DNA of 4,639 bases from a virus (lineage: Duplodnaviria > Heunggongvirae > Uroviricota > Caudoviricetes): the IMG/VR virus record IMGVR_UViG_2734482591_000017. One strand, written 5' to 3'. The first letter of the stretch is position 1; each line of letters opens with the position of its first letter. Position numbers and translations under genes: made by a program. Shown here piece by piece: positions 1-4,639 of this stretch. The notes under the pieces were generated by a model that saw only the letters and a program-made list of their open reading frames with translations, was not told where the DNA came from and made no database searches.

Positions 1-127
1 GGCGGCCATCCATCCAGTCATCGGTTCGTCTGAGAATGACGTGCAACTGCGCACGCGACACCCGGAGACAACGGCTGACTAAGCTTACTCCCCATCCCCG
101 GGCAATAAGGGCGCGTGCGCTATCCAC
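1..127 (-). CDS. insD: IS2 transposase InsD (OrfB), N-terminal part only; 3' end lies beyond the window start
   Basis: GTG start at 127-125 (minus strand) gives [20 protein letters not shown]..., matching the IS2 InsD N-terminus from memory. It overlaps the insC 3' end, as expected for the -1 frameshift arrangement. Confidence 0.85.
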
Positions 128-450
128 TTTTTTGCCCGTCCATATTCAACGGCTTCTTTGAGGAGTTCATTTTCCATCGTTTTCTTGCCGAGCAGGCGCT
201 GGAGTTCTTTAATCTGCTTCATGGCGGCAGCAAGTTCAGAGGCAGGAACAACCTGTTCTCCGGCGGCGACAGCAGTAAGACTTCCTTCCTGGTATTGCTT
301 ACGCCAGAGAAATAACTGGCTGGCTGCTACACCATGTTGCCGGGCAACGAGGGAGACCGTCATCCCCGGTTCAAAGCTCTGCTGAACAATTGCGATCTTT
401 TCCTGTGTGGTACGCCGTCTGCGTTTCTCCGGCCCTAAGACATCAATCAT
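85..450 (-). CDS. insC: IS2 transposase InsC (OrfA), 121 aa
   Basis: The ORF track 85..495 contains [30 protein letters not shown]...LLPGDGE. The recognised InsC start is the internal Met (MIDVLGPEK) at 450; the stop is TAA at 87-85. Confidence 0.9.
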
Positions 451-541
451 CTGTACTCCAATGACTAGTCTAAAAACTAGTATTAAGACTATCACTTATT
501 TAAGTGATACTGGTTGTCTGGAGATTCAGGGGGCCAGTCTA

Positions 542-788
<247 letters not shown>

Positions 789-944
789 ACAATTGCGATC
801 TTTTCCTGTGTGGTACGCCGTCTGCGTTTCTCCGGCCCTAAGACATCAATCATCTGTACTCCAATGACTAGTCTAAAAACTAGTATTAAGACTATCACTT
901 ATTTAAGTGATACTGGTTGTCTGGAGATTCAGGGGGCCAGTCTA
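789..944 (-). repeat. Second, isolated copy of the IS2 left-end 156 bp (IRL plus first ~21 codons of insC); exact direct repeat of 386-541
   Basis: Base-by-base comparison: 386-541 equals 789-944 (offset 403), while flanking bases differ (385 a vs 788 c; 542 a vs 945 c). Confidence 0.85.
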
Positions 945-1028
945 CGGACATTTTCTGCCTGTGGACCAGGAAAGTGCACGGGTGCTTTCCACTCCCATGA
1001 AGCCCGGCAATCCGCGCAGATACAGTAA
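945..1028 (+). pseudogene. 3' remnant of a nin-region gene truncated by the IS2 insertion (identity unknown)
   Basis: Frame starting at 945 reads ...RTFSACGPGKCTGAFHSHEARQSAQIQ and ends in tandem stops TAATAA (1023-1028). A GGAG Shine-Dalgarno for the next gene follows at 1053-1056, which suggests a genuine gene terminus. Confidence 0.3.
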
Positions 1029-1079
1029 TAAACGAACTGACAGCAGTAAGATGGAGCGTTTCTTTTGAACAACCAGACA

Positions 1080-1322
1080 ATGACTTTTACCCCTGAACAA
1101 TTGCGTAAACACGCGCAGGAAATGCTGCGTCATGCTGAACAACTCGAAAAAACGGGCATAACAAAAGACGCTATCCGTAAAGATATGGTACCCGCGCTTC
1201 GGGAACTGATGCAGGCGAAGCATCGCGCACAGAAAGCAGTAGATGAGCTGGTGGACTGTGTGGCAGAGCTGGAAACCAGAGTCGGAAAGTTTGAAAAACT
1301 GGTGCAGGAGGTGCTGCGCTGA
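1080..1322 (+). CDS. Hypothetical small phage protein (~80 aa, predicted helical), nin-region; alternative TTG start at 1065
   Basis: ORF track 1065..1322. ATG at 1080; GGAG at 1053-1056 is better spaced for the TTG at 1065. Its stop overlaps the rusA start (TGATG at 1320-1324), indicating translational coupling. No family recognised. Confidence 0.55.
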   Translation: MTFTPEQLRKHAQEMLRHAEQLEKTGITKDAIRKDMVPALRELMQAKHRAQKAVDELVDCVAELETRVGKFEKLVQEVLR

Positions 1323-1426
1323 TGCGCCATGAGTTTATTTTACCTTATCCGCCGACGGTGAATACTTACTGGCGACGTCGTGACAACACATATTTTGTAT
1401 CAAAAGCCGGTGAGCGTTATCGCCGG
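1322..1426 (+). CDS. rusA: RusA-like Holliday-junction resolvase, 5' part only (3' end lost in the N run)
   Basis: N-terminus MRHEFILPYPPTVNTYWRRRDNTYFVSKAGERYRR parallels E. coli RusA ([36 protein letters not shown], from memory). Its position immediately upstream of Q is typical of lambdoid nin regions. Confidence 0.75.
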
Positions 1427-1676
1427 NNNNNNNNNNNNNNNNNNNNNNNNNNNNNNNNNNNNNNNNNNNNNNNNNNNNNNNNNNNNNNNNNNNNNNNNNN
1501 NNNNNNNNNNNNNNNNNNNNNNNNNNNNNNNNNNNNNNNNNNNNNNNNNNNNNNNNNNNNNNNNNNNNNNNNNNNNNNNNNNNNNNNNNNNNNNNNNNNN
1601 NNNNNNNNNNNNNNNNNNNNNNNNNNNNNNNNNNNNNNNNNNNNNNNNNNNNNNNNNNNNNNNNNNNNNNNNNNNN
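1427..1676. other. Run of 250 N (assembly gap or masked sequence)
   Basis: Directly visible. ORF-track entries spanning it are artifacts because N translates as X with no stops. Confidence 1.
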
Positions 1677-1688
1677 GCAGGTCAAAAA

Positions 1689-2543
1689 ATGAAACTGGAA
1701 GATTTACCGAAATACTACTCCCCAAAATCCCCTTGCCTGACCGATGCATCGGCCTCAACGTCAAAAGATGCGCTGAGTATCACTGATGTGATGGCCGCGC
1801 AGGGCATGACACAGAATCGGGCTGAGATGGGGTTTTCTGCGTTCCTGGGGAAAATGGGCATCAGTATGAATGACAGGGCGCGGGCAACAGAATTACTGGC
1901 AGATTATGCACTCAGTCGGTGCGATCGTGTGGCGGCGTTGAGAAAACTTCCGGCAGAAATAAAACCGGTAGTGATGCGCATTATGGCTTCGTACGCTTTT
2001 GAGGATTATGCCCGCAGCGCAGCGAGTAAAAAGCAGTGCCCTTGTTGCTATGGGGAAAAATTTATTGAAAGCGTAGTTTTTACAAACAAGGTCCAGTATC
2101 CGGATGGTAAGCCGCCGGTATGGGCAAAGTGTACGAAAGGTGTGTATCCGTCTTACTGGGAAGAATGGAAAAAAGTCAGGGAGGTGGTAAAAGTTGCCTG
2201 TCCGGAGTGTGGCGGAAAGGGTGAGGTTTCCACCGCCTGTAAGGATTGCCGTGGGCGTGGTGTCGCCATTCATCGTGAAGAGTCGGTAAAACGTGGTATG
2301 CCTGTTATCAGAGACTGCCAGCGTTGTGGTGGTCGTGGCTATGAAAGACTACCATCAACGGAGGCATTTAATGCTATATGCGAGGTGACAAACCAGATAA
2401 CACGCGCGTCATGGGAAAAAACAGTTAAGAAATTCTATGATGCGCTGGTGACTCGGTTTGATATTGAAGAAGCATGGGCTGAGCGGCAGTTAAAAAAGGT
2501 AACTAGGTTGATTTTTCCGGAATCTGTGGTAAATTCGTCATAA
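1689..2543 (+). CDS. Late-gene antiterminator Q-like protein (phage 82 / QuuQ-type) with DnaJ-like CxxCxGxG zinc-finger repeats; true start may lie in the N run
   Basis: First ATG after the gap (1689) gives a 284-aa ORF with repeated Cys motifs (CPCCYGEK, CPECGGKG, CKDCRGRG, CQRCGGRG). It lies downstream of rusA and immediately upstream of a promoter/terminator pair and phage tRNAs, the canonical Q position. Family assignment is from memory. Confidence 0.7.
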   Translation: MKLEDLPKYYSPKSPCLTDASASTSKDALSITDVMAAQGMTQNRAEMGFSAFLGKMGISMNDRARATELLADYALSRCDRVAALRKLPAEIKPVVMRIMASYAFEDYARSAASKKQCPCCYGEKFIESVVFTNKVQYPDGKPPVWAKCTKGVYPSYWEEWKKVREVVKVACPECGGKGEVSTACKDCRGRGVAIHREESVKRGMPVIRDCQRCGGRGYERLPSTEAFNAICEVTNQITRASWEKTVKKFYDALVTRFDIEEAWAERQLKKVTRLIFPESVVNSS

Positions 2544-2547
2544 CTAT
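2508..2547 (+). promoter_or_regulatory. Candidate late promoter pR' with promoter-proximal pause element (qut-like region)
   Basis: -35 TTGATT (2508-2513), 16-bp spacer, extended -10 TGgTAAATT (2527-2535). Predicted start is near 2542, followed by AACTAT at 2542-2547, a -10-like element resembling the lambda pR' AACGAT pause inducer. It overlaps the Q stop codon (2541-2543). Confidence 0.45.
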
Positions 2548-2583
2548 GGGCGTTTTATGCCTGACGTTAGAAGAGTTTCTACA

Positions 2584-2607
2584 ACCCGCCGCCGAGCGGG
2601 TTTTTTA
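2584..2607 (+). terminator. Intrinsic terminator (tR'-like) ending a short (~65 nt) leader RNA from the candidate pR'
   Basis: GC stem cccgc / gcggg (2585-2589 with 2596-2600), 6-nt loop, followed by TTTTTTATTG (2601-2610). Confidence 0.6.
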
Positions 2608-2645
2608 TTGCGGAATTAATTACGGACCGTTATTATTCTGCTCCC

Positions 2646-2721
2646 GGCCCTTTAGCTCAGTGGTGAGAGCGAGCGACTCATAATCGCCAGGTCGCTGGTT
2701 CAAATCCAGCAAGGGCCACCA
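2646..2721 (+). tRNA. ileZ: tRNA-Ile2 (anticodon CAU, presumably lysidine-modified); ileX/ileZ-like
   Basis: 76 nt with 7-bp acceptor stem GGCCCTT/AAGGGCC, D-arm GCTC/GAGC, anticodon loop CU-CAU-AA, T-loop TTCAAAT, discriminator A and encoded CCA. Very close to E. coli ileX as I recall it, so Ile2 is preferred over Met. Confidence 0.85.
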
Positions 2722-2820
2722 TCACAAACCGCCATTAGCTTATCAGGAAGAGCAGACGACACGATAACAGGGTTGTTGGTGCGGGGGCGGGTCCCCGATG
2801 GCGGTCCATTATCGGTATTC

Positions 2821-2897
2821 AGCGTTGTTAGCTCAGCCGGACAGAGCAATTGCCTTCTAAGCAATCGGTCACTGGTTCGAATCCAGTACAGCGCGCC
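2821..2897 (+). tRNA. tRNA-Arg (anticodon UCU, reads AGA/AGG); argU-like phage tRNA
   Basis: 77 nt with acceptor stem GCGTTGT/ACAGCGC (one G-U pair), anticodon stem ATTGC/GCAAT, loop CT-TCT-AA, T-arm ACTGG TTCGAAT CCAGT and encoded CCA. Confidence 0.85.
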
Positions 2898-3008
2898 ATA
2901 TTCATTCTTCCAGATTCCTTCCGGCAGAGCCTTATACTGAAATATACCTGGCTCAGGATATTGTTGAAAATATTTTATGTTTGTCAAAAATAAAAGTTCT
3001 GTTAAGTA

Positions 3009-3362
3009 TTGATTGAGTGTTTGTTATACGGTCTAATGGTTTTTTCAGCATTAAATATTTATCATTCATATGGTGTGGGTAGAGTGAATATTGATGAGGC
3101 GTCGGGGTGTTTCATCCTTAGGCAGCGTATTGATATAGTCAATGCAGCACGAGCAAAGGCCTTCAGCCGTTTGACAGTTTTGTTCTGTACTCCTGATCGT
3201 CTTTCGGGAAGAGACGTTATTATTCTGAATAGTGATGCTATACAGAGGGTTTGCGATGAGTTCATGGTTGCTAATTCAGAATTATTTGCTCTTGTTCAGG
3301 AGTACAACAGAATAGCCAGGACCTGTGGTATGGATGAACTTCGGATTACTCATCTGGGGTAG
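3009..3362 (+). CDS. Hypothetical protein, up to 117 aa; start ambiguous (TTG 3009, ATG 3036, GTG 3084), no convincing Shine-Dalgarno
   Basis: ORF track entry. It occupies the position of stxA in Stx phages but has no resemblance to Stx. Rare-codon rich (3 AGA, 3 AGG, 3 AUA). Could be non-coding or a decayed gene. Confidence 0.3.
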   Translation: MIECLLYGLMVFSALNIYHSYGVGRVNIDEASGCFILRQRIDIVNAARAKAFSRLTVLFCTPDRLSGRDVIILNSDAIQRVCDEFMVANSELFALVQEYNRIARTCGMDELRITHLG

Positions 3363-3442
3363 ATACATATCTGGATTATCACCTGTTACGGTAAAAAGTG
3401 ATTGCTTACTGTTTTTGTGAATGGCATTGCAGCAGCCGGATA

Positions 3443-3529
3443 ATGTCAGTGCTGGCTGACGGTGTGCTGGTGGCGGGTGTGGTGGTTGTTGCTTTCCCGT
3501 TGCTGAAAAAGAAAACGCCAGACTGTTAG
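3443..3529 (+). CDS. Candidate 28-aa hydrophobic mini-protein MSVLADGVLVAGVVVVAFPLLKKKTPDC (possible small membrane peptide); GTG 3398 would give 43 aa
   Basis: Read manually; below the ORF-track length cutoff. One predicted transmembrane-like stretch followed by KKK. Locally GC-rich codons (GTG/CTG/GGT) contrast with the AT-rich surroundings. Weak Shine-Dalgarno. Confidence 0.2.
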   Translation: MSVLADGVLVAGVVVVAFPLLKKKTPDC

Positions 3530-3670
3530 CCGGGTATCAGTTAGCGGGAGAAATTTTTAAATACTTCACAATTCAGGCGGTTGACTGTTGTCTGGTTTGC
3601 GGGGAGTTTGTTAAAAGAAACTGGCATGGTGAATCCCCCTGTGCGGAGGGGCAATCAGCGAGTAGGTATA

Positions 3671-3679
3671 TGGGATAAT
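3671..3679 (+). promoter_or_regulatory. Candidate extended -10 promoter element TGgGATAAT
   Basis: TG at 3671-3672, hexamer GATAAT at 3674-3679. No good -35. It would start a transcript of about 100 nt ending at the 3754-3790 terminator. Confidence 0.25.
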
Positions 3680-3753
3680 CGCGGATTCAGGTGCTGGTAC
3701 TGAATTCACCGGGAGGCACCCGGCACCATGCAATGGCACATAGCGCCACTCTC

Positions 3754-3790
3754 CAGCCCCTCTCCGGAGGGGCTGTTTATATTGATTTTG
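3754..3790 (+). terminator. Strong intrinsic (rho-independent) terminator, plus-strand orientation
   Basis: Perfect 9-bp GC-rich stem CAGCCCCTC / GAGGGGCTG (3754-3762 with 3767-3775), loop TCCG, then U-rich tail TTTATATTGATTTTG (3776-3790). Confidence 0.65.
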
Positions 3791-3807
3791 TCAGATGTGA
3801 GTAAACT

Positions 3808-3839
3808 CCTTATGGACTTTGTTGTTTTAGTCCATAAGG
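3808..3839 (-). repeat. Perfect 11-bp inverted repeat (hairpin) covering the stop codon and last codons of the minus-strand ORF
   Basis: CCTTATGGACT (3808-3818), 10-nt loop, AGTCCATAAGG (3829-3839). No clear U-tract follows on the minus strand, so it may be a 3' stabiliser or weak terminator. Confidence 0.45.
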
Positions 3840-4145
3840 ACATATTTGCAGAGTGCAACGGTTATTAAAGCATTCATTCAATACGTTATCTGTATTTGTA
3901 GGGCATTCCTGGCTATTTTTGATTGAATTCCAGAATGTTTTATTGAATGGTACTACGTTGTAAATGGTTACAGGTAGCACTTTGTTATTGAGCATGATGC
4001 CTGTGTGAGTCAGTGTAAATATACTTTCAGGAGGTAAGAAAGCATCCGATTGATACCAGATTATTAATTTTATTTTACTCCATATGACTGAAAAAGATAT
4101 TCCGCATGATGGCTGGATAACTGTATCAATCACAATCCACTTCAT
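3810..4145 (-). CDS. Hypothetical protein, 111 aa, antisense to the phage late operon; Trp/Ile/Asn-rich, no recognised family
   Basis: ORF track entry, verified codon by codon. ATG at 4145-4143 preceded by AAGGA with 6-nt spacing (plus-strand 4152-4156). Stop is TAA at 3812-3810. Six of its 13 Ile codons are AUA. Confidence 0.55.
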   Translation of the reverse strand: MKWIVIDTVIQPSCGISFSVIWSKIKLIIWYQSDAFLPPESIFTLTHTGIMLNNKVLPVTIYNVVPFNKTFWNSIKNSQECPTNTDNVLNECFNNRCTLQICPYGLKQQSP

Positions 4146-4185
4146 TTAGTTTCCTTGTTTATGCCTTGCTGGTGATGTTCTGAAA

Positions 4186-4212
4186 AGTATAAATGATATT
4201 TTTGAATGTAAA
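4186..4212 (-). promoter_or_regulatory. Candidate sigma-70 promoter for the 111-aa minus-strand ORF
   Basis: On the minus strand: -35 TTTACA (plus 4212-4207), 15-bp spacer, -10 TATACT (plus 4191-4186), about 40 nt upstream of the ATG. The spacer is short, so confidence is modest. Confidence 0.35.
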
Positions 4213-4405
4213 CCATAGAGCAGAATTATTTTTCTGATGTTGTTTATTGTTTATTTAAATGCAGGGTGGTTTATATCTCGTCTTGTAGTTTATCCATGCA
4301 TATCTGCTTGATAATCAGGTTTTTATTTAAGGTATGGTTTTGTGTTTTTTCTGTATTACATGTCAGGTATTTTAAAGAATTATTTTTCAGATGGTGGAAA
4401 GAACC

Positions 4406-4579
4406 ATGGCATTTAAACACTATGATGTTGTCAGGGCGGCGCCGCCGTCAGATCTTGCGGAAAAGCTGACACATAAACTGAAAGAGGGCTGGCAGCCGTT
4501 TGGTAGTCCGGTGGCCATAACCCCTTATACCCTGAGGTGTACTGGCAATAGCGGACACTACCATTTGTTCTTTTTTTAA
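4406..4579 (+). CDS. DUF1737-like small phage protein (57 aa from ATG 4406; ORF track starts at 4391), possibly the 5' part of a longer frameshifted gene
   Basis: MAFKHYDVVRAAPPSDLAEKLTHKLKEGWQPFGSP... matches the YDVVRA...LAEK...KLxEGWxPxG pattern I recall for DUF1737 proteins between Q and the lysis genes. GGTGGAAAG precedes the ATG. The ORF ends in TAA directly after a T7 run (4571-4577). Confidence 0.45.
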   Translation: MAFKHYDVVRAAPPSDLAEKLTHKLKEGWQPFGSPVAITPYTLRCTGNSGHYHLFFF

Positions 4580-4639
4580 GCAGCCATCTGATGATATTTT
4601 TCCCTGAAGGCTGCCGGGGAGATATTCCCCAGACGAGAG

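Larger units (their letters stand above)
1..541 (-). mobile_element. IS2: IS2 (IS3 family), partial: left inverted repeat end at 541, element runs off the window start
   Basis: Minus strand encodes the complete InsC sequence and the InsD N-terminus as I recall them for IS2. Plus-strand 501-541 (ttaagtgatactggttgtctggagattcagggggccagtcta) is the reverse complement of the IS2 left terminal inverted repeat (TAGACTGGCCCCCTGAATCTCC...). Confidence 0.9.

Noticed and set aside
115-385. Plus-strand ORFs 115..315 and 158..385
   Set aside because: They lie antisense inside the well-supported IS2 insC/insD coding region and have no recognisable product.
895-1330. Minus-strand ORFs 895..1080, 942..1223 and 1130..1330
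   Set aside because: Antisense to the small phage ORF and rusA start, with no ribosome-binding site or recognisable product; likely chance ORFs.
1893-2273. 126-aa minus-strand ORF
   Set aside because: Antisense within the Q-like gene, which has a much longer frame with conserved Cys motifs and correct operon context.
1322-2543. Track ORFs 1322..1786 (154 aa), 1380..2543 (387 aa), 1335..1685 and 1417..1764 (minus)
   Set aside because: Their extents come from translating the 250-N run as X with no stops. Only the rusA 5' part (1322-1426) and Q from 1689 are supported.
2722-2820. Possible third tRNA (argN-like) between the two tRNAs
   Set aside because: No acceptor or T-arm (GGTTCGAATCC-type) structure could be built by eye; reported only as a spacer or possible degenerate remnant.
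2700-2987. 95-aa minus-strand ORF from the six-frame track
   Set aside because: It lies antisense across the tRNA-Arg gene and the tRNA spacer. tRNA genes are strongly supported by structure, so the ORF is almost certainly spurious.
3062-3265. 67-aa minus-strand ORF overlapping the 117-aa plus-strand ORF
   Set aside because: Shorter than the plus-strand frame, no ribosome-binding site, and opposite to the expected late-transcription direction.
2898-3400. Shiga toxin stxA/stxB expected directly downstream of the Q-tRNA module
   Set aside because: The translated frames show no resemblance to StxA or StxB as I recall them, and no ORF of stxA size is present. This is not an stx locus.
3600-3800. 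Retron-like msr/msd or CRISPR-like structure in the structured region
   Set aside because: No reverse transcriptase ORF, and no direct repeats with regular spacers anywhere in the window.
4266-4469. 67-aa plus-strand ORF in the AT-rich intergenic region
   Set aside because: Low-complexity product; it overlaps the start of the DUF1737-like ORF in another frame and sits in what looks like a divergent promoter region.

Overview
This window looks like the late-regulatory junction of a lambdoid prophage, with insertion-sequence debris at its 5' end. All calls are by eye and from memory; no similarity search or folding was run. Positions 1-944 hold a partial IS2 on the minus strand (insD start, complete insC, left inverted repeat ending at 541), a 247-bp IS21-family istB 3' remnant, and a second 156-bp copy of the IS2 left end. 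The IS2 truncates a nin-region gene. Downstream are a small phage ORF coupled to a rusA-like gene (cut by a 250-nt N run), a Q-type antiterminator gene, a compact pR'/pause/tR' unit, and two phage tRNAs (Ile2-CAU, Arg-UCU). Where Stx phages carry stxAB, this window instead has about 1.5 kb of AT-rich cargo with no recognisable toxin: a 117-aa ORF, a 28-aa hydrophobic mini-ORF, a strong intrinsic terminator, an antisense 111-aa ORF with its own promoter, and a DUF1737-like ORF ending in a T7 homopolymer. That cargo block is the best candidate for something undescribed, but its function cannot be read from sequence alone.
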